From Candidatus Fervidifonticultor quintus (GTDB lineage Bacteria; Sysuimicrobiota; Sysuimicrobiia; Sysuimicrobiales; Humicultoraceae), in assembly GCA_031459535.1 (NCBI GenBank), contig JAVKIJ010000060.1, forward strand, positions 1 to 19,401: 19,401 nt of DNA. The letters are read 5' to 3'. Position numbers and translations under genes: made by a program. Of this stretch, positions 9,178 through 17,188 are shown in pieces. A model generated the notes under the pieces. The model searched no databases and was not told the origin of the DNA. It saw only the letters and a list, made by a program, of their open reading frames with translations. Each line of letters opens with the position of its first letter. Position 1 is the stretch's first letter.

Positions 9178-10376
9178 CATCCCTGCGGGTCCTGAAGGTG
9201 ACCCAGGTGTACGATCTGGCCACGTCCGCGAGCGGCCAGGCGGCCAAAGTAGCGGACATTTCACGCCATCTCGCGCGCCGCGGGCACGTGGTCACCGTGT
9301 TGACCGCTGCGCGGGAGATTCAGGCGGTCCGGGAGCGACGCGACGGCGTCGAGGTGATAGGCCTGCCTGCCGCCTTCCGCTACCGCGCCATCACGGTGAA
9401 TCCCGGCGTCGTCGACTTCTGCCTGCGCCGTCTGCGGGAGTTCGACGTCGTCCACCTCTACGGCACTTACGACTTCCTGGGCCCCGTCGTCGCTGCCTTC
9501 TGCCGCCGGTGGCGCGTCCCCTACGTGCTCGAGCCGCTGGGCATGTTCCGGCCCATCGTGCGGAACATCGGCCCCAAGCGCGCCTACCGGCGCCTCCTGG
9601 GCTGGCCGGTGGTGGCCGGGGCGGCGCGCGTGATTGCCACCAGCGAACTGGAGCGGGAGGAGCTCGTGGCCGACGGTGTGCCGGCGGCCAAGGTCGTGGT
9701 GCGGCGCAACGGCGTGGAACCTCCTGGTCCCGAGGAGGCCCCGTCGCCGGGGGCCTTCCGCCGGGACGCCGGGGTCGGGCAGGATCAGCCGCTCGTGCTG
9801 TACCTGGGGCGGATCTCGAAGAAAAAGGGGCTCGACCTGCTTTTGGAGGCGTTCAGTGCGGTGCCAGCGCCGGCAGCTCTGGCCATCGTGGGCCCCGACG
9901 ACGGCGACGGGTGCCTCCAGGAGCTCGAGCGGCAGCGTGACCGGCTGGGGCTGAACGGTCGCGTGCGGATCATGGGTCCCCGGTTCGGCGCCGACAAATG
10001 GGCAGCCCTGGCCGACGCCGACGTGGTTGTGCTGCCGTCGCGCAGCGAGAACTTCGGCAACGCGGCGGCGGAGGCGGTGGCCTGCGGCGTGCCGGTGGTC
10101 GTCACCGACCGGTGCGGCATCGCCCCGCTGGTCGCCGACCGGGCCGGGCTCGTCGTGCCCTGCCATGTGGATGCGATTCGCTACGGGCTCTCCCGGCTGC
10201 TCGAAGACCCCGACCTGCGGGAGCGGCTGCGCGCCGGGGCCCTCGAGGTACGCCGCGATCTCTCCTGGGACGAGCCTGTGGCCCAGCAGGAGCAGATCTA
10301 CCTGGAAGTGCTGCGGGAGCACTCGCATCGCAGCACGGCCTTCGTGCCGGAAGAGGGTCACTCGCGCGGCCTTTGA
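9174..10376 (+). CDS. GT4 glycosyltransferase (400 aa)
   Basis: ATGA overlap. Motifs: LYLGRISKKKGLDLL, IVGPDDG, SENFGNAAAEAVACGVPVV. Confidence 0.92.
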   Translation: MTSLRVLKVTQVYDLATSASGQAAKVADISRHLARRGHVVTVLTAAREIQAVRERRDGVEVIGLPAAFRYRAITVNPGVVDFCLRRLREFDVVHLYGTYDFLGPVVAAFCRRWRVPYVLEPLGMFRPIVRNIGPKRAYRRLLGWPVVAGAARVIATSELEREELVADGVPAAKVVVRRNGVEPPGPEEAPSPGAFRRDAGVGQDQPLVLYLGRISKKKGLDLLLEAFSAVPAPAALAIVGPDDGDGCLQELERQRDRLGLNGRVRIMGPRFGADKWAALADADVVVLPSRSENFGNAAAEAVACGVPVVVTDRCGIAPLVADRAGLVVPCHVDAIRYGLSRLLEDPDLRERLRAGALEVRRDLSWDEPVAQQEQIYLEVLREHSHRSTAFVPEEGHSRGL

Positions 10377-10382
10377 TCTGAT

Positions 10383-12317
10383 ATGTGCGGCATCGCGGGG
10401 CTGTACGGCCCTCCATTGCTCGCTCCTGAGCCCGTCTGGCGGATGGTCGACCGTCTGCGCCACCGGGGGCCCGACGATCGGGGCGTCCACAGCCCGGCTC
10501 CCACCGTGGTGCTCGGCAGCACCCGACTCAGCATCCTCGACCTCTCGCCGGCCGGCCAACAGCCCATGAGCAACGAGGACGGCCGGGTGTGGGTGACATT
10601 CAACGGCGAGGTCTACAACTTCCGCGCTCTGCGGGCCGACCTGGAGCGTCGAGGGCACGTCTTCCGCTCGCAGACCGACACCGAGGTGGTCGTCCACGCC
10701 TACGAGGAATGGGGCGCCGGCTGCGTGGGCCGGCTGCGGGGGATGTTCGCCTTTGCCATCGCCGACGCGCGCGAAGCCGGGCCCCAGGGGGAGGGGGCGA
10801 GACTGCTCCTGGCGCGCGACCCCCTGGGTATCAAGCCGCTGTACTACGCCACGGCCGGCGGCCGGTTGCTGTTCGCCTCCGAGGTCCGGGCCCTGCTCGC
10901 TTCGGGCCTGGCGCCGCGGCGGCTCTCCACCGAGGGGCTGGCCGCTTACCTGCTGTGGGGGTCCGTGGCTGAGCCGTTGACTCTGGTGGACGGCGTCCGG
11001 TCGCTGCCTCCGGGACACCGCCTGACGGCGCAGGTGAACGACGGTGCGCTGCGGGTCGAGGTGGAACCCTACTGGCGCCTGCCGGTCGCCCCCGCGGGTC
11101 GTGACGGCATGGCGGACTCCGCCCGGGACGAGTCCGTGGCGGCGCTCCGCCGCCTTCTTGCGGAAACCGTCGGCCTCCACCTCGTCGCCGACGTCCCCGT
11201 GGGCGTCTTCCTGAGCGGCGGCGTGGACTCCACGTGCGTGGCCACACTGGCCGCCGAGGCCCACGGCGCGATCTCCACGGTGACGGTGACTTTCCCGGAA
11301 GAGGCCGACAGGAACGAAGCCGCCCTGGCCCGCGAGACGGCCCGGCGGCTGGGCACGCGACACCACGAGGTGGTCCTCACAGGCCAGGAGGCGCTGCGGC
11401 GCCTCGACGAGGCGGTGGCGGCCCTGGACCAACCCAGCATGGACGGCATCAATACCTACTTTGTCTCGTGGGGGGCGCGGCAGGCCGGCCTGAAGGTGGC
11501 CCTCTCGGGGCTGGGCGGCGACGAGCTGTTCGGCGGCTACACCACCTTCGTCGCAGTTCCCCGATTGGAGGCTCTGGCAGCCCTGGCCCGCCGGGCTCCT
11601 CTCCCGGCGAAGTGGGCGGCGCGGGCTACCCGTGCGCTTCCCGGGCTGAGCCCCGATGCGCGCGGAAAGGTCGCCGACCTGCTGGCTGCCCCCGACCTCC
11701 TGCCGCACCCTTATGCCCTGGCGCGGGCGCTCTTCCCGCCGCACCGAGTGCTTGCTCTGCTGAACGGCACTGCGGCCGCCGCACCTGGCGGACCCTGGGC
11801 CGACCGCCTCGCCGATCTGGCGGCGCGGTCCCGGGAGCTGGGCCCGTTCGGCCGGGTTTCAACGCTGGAGCTGGGCACCTATCTGGTCAACACCCTGCTG
11901 CGCGATACCGACGCCATGAGCATGGCGCACTCGCTCGAGGTGCGGGTGCCATTCATCGATCGGGAAGTGGTGGAGTTCGTAGCCTCCCTACCCGACGCCT
12001 GGCGGGCCGGGCGCTTGGGGCCACGACGCGGCGCCAAGGCCCTGCTGCTGGAGGCGCTGGGTGACCGCCTGCCTGAGGCCGTTGTCCGCGGCCGGAAGCG
12101 GACTTTTACCCTGCCGTGGGAGCGGTGGCTGCGCGGCCCGCTGAGGGGGAGGGTAGAGGAGGGCATCGAGGCGATCCCCGAACCGCTGCGGCTCTTCCTC
12201 GATCCCGTGGAAGTGCGGGCTGTCTGGCGCGACTTCCTGGCCCGCCGGACGGGATGGTCCCGGCCCTGGGCGCTGTACGTGCTGAATGAGTGGGTGCGCA
12301 GGCACCTGGTGGTTTGA
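10383..12317 (+). CDS. asnB: Asparagine synthase (glutamine-hydrolysing)-type amidotransferase, probably amidating a glycan
   Basis: Ntn start MCGIAG; HRGPDD; RLSILDLSPAGQQPM; FNGEVYNF; RDPLGIKPLYY; LSGGVDS; SGLGGDELFGGY; SMAHSLEVRVPF. Confidence 0.95.
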   Translation: MCGIAGLYGPPLLAPEPVWRMVDRLRHRGPDDRGVHSPAPTVVLGSTRLSILDLSPAGQQPMSNEDGRVWVTFNGEVYNFRALRADLERRGHVFRSQTDTEVVVHAYEEWGAGCVGRLRGMFAFAIADAREAGPQGEGARLLLARDPLGIKPLYYATAGGRLLFASEVRALLASGLAPRRLSTEGLAAYLLWGSVAEPLTLVDGVRSLPPGHRLTAQVNDGALRVEVEPYWRLPVAPAGRDGMADSARDESVAALRRLLAETVGLHLVADVPVGVFLSGGVDSTCVATLAAEAHGAISTVTVTFPEEADRNEAALARETARRLGTRHHEVVLTGQEALRRLDEAVAALDQPSMDGINTYFVSWGARQAGLKVALSGLGGDELFGGYTTFVAVPRLEALAALARRAPLPAKWAARATRALPGLSPDARGKVADLLAAPDLLPHPYALARALFPPHRVLALLNGTAAAAPGGPWADRLADLAARSRELGPFGRVSTLELGTYLVNTLLRDTDAMSMAHSLEVRVPFIDREVVEFVASLPDAWRAGRLGPRRGAKALLLEALGDRLPEAVVRGRKRTFTLPWERWLRGPLRGRVEEGIEAIPEPLRLFLDPVEVRAVWRDFLARRTGWSRPWALYVLNEWVRRHLVV

Positions 12318-12392
12318 CCCTCGGGCTGGTCTCGGCGAGGATTTGATCCCATGAGAGTGAGGGTCTCGGACAGCGCGACGATTCTTACATCC

Positions 12393-12408
12393 TTGACGAA
12401 TTCGTCAA
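12393..12408. promoter_or_regulatory. Perfect 16-bp palindrome TTGACGAATTCGTCAA; candidate operator
   Basis: Exact self-complementary 16-mer in the intergenic gap, ending 19 nt before the ATG at 12428. Its function is inferred. Confidence 0.4.
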
Positions 12409-12427
12409 AGCGGCGGGTGACGGCAGC

Positions 12428-13228
12428 ATGATCGTTCGCGGCGTTGATATCGTCCGCCGAGTGCTCCCAGACCGGTGGGCGCTGTCAGTGTACAGTCGTC
12501 CCCATCTGGCCGGGTTCCTGCGCCGTGCGCTCAACCGCTTTGTCCCCGAGGGTTTGAGTTCCGTCCGTATCGCGGGTGGTGGTCTGCAAGGCCTGCGCAT
12601 GGAGCTCGACCTGAGGCGTGAGAAGTTTCTCTGGCTCGGCACCTACGAGCCCTGGATCCAGGAGGCGATGAGCAGGTACGTGCGTCCGGGAGATTGGGCG
12701 TGGGATGTGGGGGCGTTCATTGGTTATCACTCACTCTTTCTGTGGCGGCTCGGGGCCAACGTCGTCGCCCTTGAGCCCGATCCCATCAACTTTGACCGAC
12801 TCCTGACGAATCTCAGAGCCAACGGCGCGCATGACGTCAGGGCGCTCAGGCTGGCTGCCGGACGGACTGAGGGTCGTGCCCGTTTCCGGCGCTTGGCGGA
12901 GCATCCGAGTCAGACGCGCCTGGAGGATGATGGCGACGGCGAGTGTTCTGTTGTGCCGTTGGACAACTTGCTCGCGAACTGTCCAGCTCCTCGGCTGGTG
13001 AAGGTCGACGTGGAAGGATCCGAGCTCGACGTACTGGCAGGTGCCTCCATCCTCCTGCGGGAGTGTCGGCCCGTGTGGATCGTGGAAACCCACGGAACGG
13101 CAGAGATAGTAGCTGCCTGCTTCAGGCTTGAGCGATACGAGGTGAGACCGGTGGGAAAGGGTGCGGAGGTAGACACGCAGTTGCCCGTGGGGGGGCCTGC
13201 CCATCTCCTGGCGGTGCCGCGGGCATGA
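12428..13228 (+). CDS. FkbM-family SAM methyltransferase (266 aa)
   Basis: WLGTYEP; PGDWAWDVGAFIGYHS; VVALEPDP; VKVDVEGSELDVLAGA; WIVETHG. Confidence 0.92.
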   Translation: MIVRGVDIVRRVLPDRWALSVYSRPHLAGFLRRALNRFVPEGLSSVRIAGGGLQGLRMELDLRREKFLWLGTYEPWIQEAMSRYVRPGDWAWDVGAFIGYHSLFLWRLGANVVALEPDPINFDRLLTNLRANGAHDVRALRLAAGRTEGRARFRRLAEHPSQTRLEDDGDGECSVVPLDNLLANCPAPRLVKVDVEGSELDVLAGASILLRECRPVWIVETHGTAEIVAACFRLERYEVRPVGKGAEVDTQLPVGGPAHLLAVPRA

Positions 13229-13299
13229 TCATCCTGGGTCTGAACGCCTGCCACGGCAACGCGTCGGCCGCCAAGATATCGTGGTCAATCCGGGGCTGA
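13225..13299 (+). pseudogene. Stub of a carbamoyltransferase 5' end (first 16 codons, then 8 unrelated codons and TGA)
   Basis: Reads MIILGLNACHGNASAA-KISWSIRG*, against MVILGINAYHGNASAA at 14001 (40/49 nt identical). ATG overlaps the FkbM stop (ATGA). Confidence 0.85.
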
Positions 13300-13328
13300 A
13301 GCTGCAGATGTGGGGAAAGCGACCCGGC

Positions 13329-13625
13329 TCAGTAGTGGTACCGCGCCTGCAGGAAATCGATGCGGTCTTCGGTGACGCGGTACACAATTCGGTGCTCCTG
13401 CGTCAGCCGTCGTGACCAGACGCCCGGTGCGAGGTATTTCAAGGGCTCCGGCTTCCCGATTCCGGCGAAGGGGTCCCGCACAATGGCGCGGACAAGGTCG
13501 AGGGCGCGCAAGGCCACCCTCCGGTCTGTCTCGACCCAGTAGCGGAGATCCTCAATGAACTCGGGGTGGAAGACGGTGTCGCGAGCCCTGCGCGCGGCCC
13601 GGCGATTACCGGCGTTCGAGCCCAA
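13329..13625 (-). CDS. yoeB: Txe/YoeB-family toxin (ribosome-dependent mRNase), about 98 aa; start codon uncertain
   Basis: EDLRYWVETDRR...RDPFAGIGKPEPLKYL...WSRRLTQEHRIVY...FLQARYHY are hallmark YoeB motifs. The in-frame TTG at 13625 overlaps the antitoxin 3' end. Confidence 0.93.
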   Translation of the reverse strand: MGSNAGNRRAARRARDTVFHPEFIEDLRYWVETDRRVALRALDLVRAIVRDPFAGIGKPEPLKYLAPGVWSRRLTQEHRIVYRVTEDRIDFLQARYHY

Positions 13626-13890
13626 GGGCTTTCCGCAGGGCCTCCACCGAGCGCGGCTTGCCTTCCCGCGCGAGGGCACGCCTCAAGGCCCTCAGCAGCC
13701 GCTCGGCGTTCTTGGGCGACCTGAGCAGGTGTGCGGTTTCTTGCAGACCGGCCAGCTCGTCGGCGGCGATGAGCGCTACTTCCGGTCTTCCCCGCCGGGT
13801 GATGATGATCGTCTCCCGGTCCTGGACCGCGCGCTCGATGAGGCCGGCCAGGCGCGCCCGAGCATTGGTGTAACTGGTCTGGACTGGCAT
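13606..13890 (-). CDS. yefM: Phd/YefM-family antitoxin (94 aa)
   Basis: SYTNARARLAGLIERAVQDRETIIITRRG...LQETAHLLRSPKNAERLLRAL. RBS AAGGGGAG lies just upstream of the ATG; the gene is directly upstream of yoeB. Confidence 0.93.
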   Translation of the reverse strand: MPVQTSYTNARARLAGLIERAVQDRETIIITRRGRPEVALIAADELAGLQETAHLLRSPKNAERLLRALRRALAREGKPRSVEALRKALGLERR

Positions 13891-13928
13891 GTGTCTCCCC
13901 TTGACCGTTTCTTGACCTGTCAGAACGT

Positions 13929-13969
13929 CTGTACAGGATCCTTGTACAGGACATCGGTGCGGTTGTCAA
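13929..13969 (-). promoter_or_regulatory. sigma70-type promoter of yefM-yoeB with two TGTACA operator palindromes
   Basis: Minus strand reads TTGACA (13969-13964), a 17-bp spacer, then TACAAG (13946-13941). TGTACA cores at 13930-13935 and 13943-13948 overlap the -10/start region; TGTACA is the known YefM-YoeB operator core. Confidence 0.82.
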
Positions 13970-14000
13970 GGTATCGCGGCGCGGCCGTGATTCCACCCTG

Positions 14001-15824
14001 ATGGTCATTCTGGGGATCAACGCCTACCACGGGAACGCCTCGGCGGCCATTCTGTGCGACGGCCGGCTGGTGGCCGCGGCCGAAGAGGAGCGGTTCAACC
14101 GGGTCAAGTACGCCGCGGGCTTCCCCACCCGGGCGGTGCAGTACTGCCTGCAGGCCGCGGGTGTGACCCTGGCCGAGGTCGACCACGTAGCCGTGCCCCG
14201 CAACCCCTGGGCGCGGGTGGGCAGCAAAGCGCTGTACGCGCTGCGGCTTCCCCGCTTCGCGCTGGACCGCTCCCGGGCCCTCGTCCGTTTCGCCGGCCTG
14301 CGAGACGAGCTGGCCCGGGCGTGCGACGCCGATCCCGCCGCCATCCGGGCCCGGTGGCACCGCGTGGAGCACCACCGGGCGCACCTGGCCAGTGCCTTCT
14401 TCGTCTCACCGTTTGAGGAGGCGGCGGTCTTGTCGGCCGATGGTCTGGGCGACTTCGCCAGCACCATGTGGGCCAGCGGCCGGGGCCACCGCCTGGAGGT
14501 GCACGGCGCGGTGGAGTTCCCGCACTCCCTGGGCCTGTACTACACGGCCATCACCCAGTACCTGGGCTTCTGGAAGTACGGCGACGAGTACAAGGTGATG
14601 GGCCTGGCGGCCTACGGGGAGCCGGCCTACCTGGATGAGTTCCGGCGCATTGTACGGACTCCCTCACCCTACACCCTCTCCCCAAAGGGGAGAGGGGGAG
14701 TGAAGACATCCTCTCTCACAAGGGGAGAGGGATGGGGTGAGAGGCTGCCATTTCATCTGGGGCTGGAGTATTTTTTGCACCATCGGAACGGGCCGGACAT
14801 GACCTGGCGCGAGTCCGACCGCACGCCGGTGCTGGGGCGCCTGTTCTCCGACCACCTGGCGGCGCGCCTGGGGCCGGCCCGCCAGGCGGGAGAGCCGATC
14901 GAGCGGCGTCACCAGGACGTGGCCGCCACCCTGCAGGCCCGCCTCGAGGAGGTCTACTTCGACCTGCTCGACGCCCTGTACGCGCGCACGGGGCTGCGGG
15001 CGCTGTGCCTGGCCGGCGGGGTCGCGTTCAACTGCGTCGCCAACGGCAAGATCTTCGACCGCACCCCCTTCGAGCGGGTCTACGTCCAGCCGGCGGCAGG
15101 CGACGCCGGGCTGGCGGTCGGCGCGGCCTTCTACGTCTACCACCAGGTGCTGGGGCACCCCCGGTCCTTCGTCATGGACCACGCCTACTGGGGTCCGGAG
15201 TTCGACGCCGCGGTGATCCGCCGGGCTGTGGATGCGGCGGGACTGCGCTACCGGGAGCTGCCCGAGGAGGTGCTGTGCCGCGAGACGGCGCGGCATGTGG
15301 CCGAGGGCAAGATCGTCGGCTGGTTCCAGGGGCGCATGGAGTGGGGCCCGCGGGCCCTGGGCAACCGCAGCATCGTCGTCGACCCGCGCCGCCCCGAGAT
15401 GAAGGACGTCCTGAACCGCCGCATCAAGCACCGGGAGCCCTTCCGGCCGTTTGCGCCATCCATCCTCGAGGAGGCGACAGGCGAGTACTTCGAGCGGATC
15501 CACCCCTCGCCGTTCATGATCCTGGCCTATCCGGTGCGTCCGGAGAAGCGTGCGGTGATCCCCGCACCCACCCATGTGGATGGTACCGGACGCCTCCAGA
15601 CCGTCAGCCGCGACACCAACCCGCGCTACTGGCGGCTGATCAAGGAGTTCGAGTGCCTGACCGGCGTGCCGGTGGTGCTGAACACGTCGTTCAACGAGAA
15701 CGAGCCCATCGTCTGCACCCCGGAGGAGGCGGTGGACTGCTTCCTGCGGACCGAGATGGACGTGCTGGCGATCGGCGACTTCTTGGTGGACAAGGGGAAC
15801 GCTGTCCCAGGGTCCTCAGGCTAG
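14001..15824 (+). CDS. NodU/CmcH-family O-carbamoyltransferase (607 aa, including an in-frame repeat insertion)
   Basis: AAEEERFNRVK; VEHHRAHLASAF; DGLGD; PHSLGLYY; DEYKVMGLAAYG; LAGGVAFNC; EWGPRALGNRSI; REPFRPFAP; HVDGTGRLQTV; LNTSFNENEPIV. Confidence 0.95.
   Translation: MVILGINAYHGNASAAILCDGRLVAAAEEERFNRVKYAAGFPTRAVQYCLQAAGVTLAEVDHVAVPRNPWARVGSKALYALRLPRFALDRSRALVRFAGLRDELARACDADPAAIRARWHRVEHHRAHLASAFFVSPFEEAAVLSADGLGDFASTMWASGRGHRLEVHGAVEFPHSLGLYYTAITQYLGFWKYGDEYKVMGLAAYGEPAYLDEFRRIVRTPSPYTLSPKGRGGVKTSSLTRGEGWGERLPFHLGLEYFLHHRNGPDMTWRESDRTPVLGRLFSDHLAARLGPARQAGEPIERRHQDVAATLQARLEEVYFDLLDALYARTGLRALCLAGGVAFNCVANGKIFDRTPFERVYVQPAAGDAGLAVGAAFYVYHQVLGHPRSFVMDHAYWGPEFDAAVIRRAVDAAGLRYRELPEEVLCRETARHVAEGKIVGWFQGRMEWGPRALGNRSIVVDPRRPEMKDVLNRRIKHREPFRPFAPSILEEATGEYFERIHPSPFMILAYPVRPEKRAVIPAPTHVDGTGRLQTVSRDTNPRYWRLIKEFECLTGVPVVLNTSFNENEPIVCTPEEAVDCFLRTEMDVLAIGDFLVDKGNAVPGSSG
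14661..14744. repeat. Intragenic palindromic element (two inverted CCCTCACCC-n-CCCTCTCCC-n-GGGAGAGGG-type units)
   Basis: Perfect stem CCCTCTCCCC-AAA-GGGGAGAGGG at 14674-14696; imperfect stem at 14710-14730; outer arms 14661-14683 and 14722-14744 are approximate reverse complements. Confidence 0.8.
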
Positions 15825-15959
15825 GTGCTCTATTTGGAGATCGTGAAAGCGATGGACGCCCCCCGTCTTCGGCGTCGGTAGGGGCGGTGGTTCCGGTAGA
15901 TCTGCGGTCCTTCGCGTGTCGGCTCCAGCCTCCGGCGTCGGGTGAAGGCTGGGTGTCCC

Positions 15960-17153
15960 ATGGCGAGGATCCTGCTCTTCAATCAGTACTTCCCTCCAGA
16001 TAGCGCGGCCACCGCGCAGATGGCGGCCCTTGTCGCGGGCACCCTGGCAGAACGTCATCAGGTGACGGTGCTCGCCGGCCGGCCCTCCTACGACCCCGCC
16101 GAGCGCCACCCGGCCTACCTGCTCCGCCGGGAGCGAGGGGGCGATGTGATCGTCGAGCGGGTCGGCTCCACCGCCTTCCCGCGCCGCCGCATGGCCGGGC
16201 GGCTGGCTAACTACCTCACCTACCTGGCGCTGGCGGTGCCTCGGGCCCTCGCCCTGCCGGCCGACCTCCTCCTGGCCATGACCGACCCGCCGGTGGCCGG
16301 CATCGCCGGGGCGCTGGCGGCGGCGGTGCGCCGGCGACGCTTCGTCTACAACGTCCGCGACCTCTACCCCGACATGGCGGTGGCCGGTGGCCTGCTGCGC
16401 CCGGGACCGTGGACGGCGGCGTGGGACCGGTGGCACCGCTGGGCTCTGCGCCGCGCGCACCGGGTAATCGTGCTGGGCGACGACATGCGCGACCGGCTGG
16501 TGGCGAAAGGTGTCGCTCCCGAGCGCATCGCTGTCGTGCGCGACGGCGGCCCGCCACCGACCGTCATGGCGGCCGACCACCCGGTCGTGCGGGCGGTGCG
16601 GGGGCCGTACCCGTTTGTCGTGCTGCACGCCGGCAACCTGGGATTTGCCGGGGCCTGGCAGACGCTCACCCGGGCCGCGGCCCTGCTGGATGGGGCGGGA
16701 GCCGGGCTCGTCTTCGTGGGCGACGGCGTGGCTGCCCCCACCATCGACCGCGCGGCCGAGGCACTGCCGCAGGTGCGCCGTCTGCCGTACCGCCCGGCGG
16801 ACGAGGTGCCCTACGTGCTCGCTGCAGCCGACCTCCACGTCGTCACCGTGCGGCGGGGCCTGGAAGGGGTCGTGGTGCCCAGCAAACTCTACGCCGTCCT
16901 GGCGGCCGGGCGGCCCGTGCTGGCCGTGGCTCCGGAGGCCAGCGACGTCGCCCGCATCGTGCGGCGGTACGGGTGCGGTTTTGTCGCCGACCCGGACGAC
17001 CCGGTTGCGGTGGCGGCCGCGGTGCGACAGGCCATGGCGTCACCGGACTTGCTGGAGACCATGGGGCGCCGGGCACTGGCCGCGGCGGCGGACTTCGAGC
17101 GTTCGAGACAGCTGGCACAGTTCGTGCGGGTGGTGGAGGAGGCGCTGGCCTGA
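15960..17153 (+). CDS. GT4 glycosyltransferase, WcaI/WbuB-like (397 aa)
   Basis: LFNQYFPPDSAATAQ; MTDPP; YNVRDLYPD; HAGNLG; GVVVPSKLYAVLAAGRPVLA. An alternative GTG start exists at 15942. Confidence 0.88.
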   Translation: MARILLFNQYFPPDSAATAQMAALVAGTLAERHQVTVLAGRPSYDPAERHPAYLLRRERGGDVIVERVGSTAFPRRRMAGRLANYLTYLALAVPRALALPADLLLAMTDPPVAGIAGALAAAVRRRRFVYNVRDLYPDMAVAGGLLRPGPWTAAWDRWHRWALRRAHRVIVLGDDMRDRLVAKGVAPERIAVVRDGGPPPTVMAADHPVVRAVRGPYPFVVLHAGNLGFAGAWQTLTRAAALLDGAGAGLVFVGDGVAAPTIDRAAEALPQVRRLPYRPADEVPYVLAAADLHVVTVRRGLEGVVVPSKLYAVLAAGRPVLAVAPEASDVARIVRRYGCGFVADPDDPVAVAAAVRQAMASPDLLETMGRRALAAAADFERSRQLAQFVRVVEEALA

Positions 17154-17188
17154 GCGACGTCGAGGCAGGGCCAGCGTGGGAGGGAGCG

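Noticed and set aside
9261-11744. 827-aa minus-strand ORF
   Set aside because: Antisense shadow of the GT4 and asnB genes. It has no recognisable motifs, and long stop-free shadows are expected at this GC content.
13274-14000. Integron gene cassette (attC) explanation for the TA module
   Set aside because: No convincing RYYYAAC...GTTRRRY attC structure at either boundary and no integrase in the window.
13555-14001. 148-aa plus-strand ORF across the TA module
   Set aside because: It is antisense to yefM/yoeB, runs through their promoter and has no motifs. Only its last codons are noted as a possible remnant.
14661-14744. Intein, intron or intrinsic terminator within the carbamoyltransferase
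   Set aside because: Too short, with no intein C/S...HN motifs or intron features and no U-tract after the stems. Treated as a palindromic repeat insertion.
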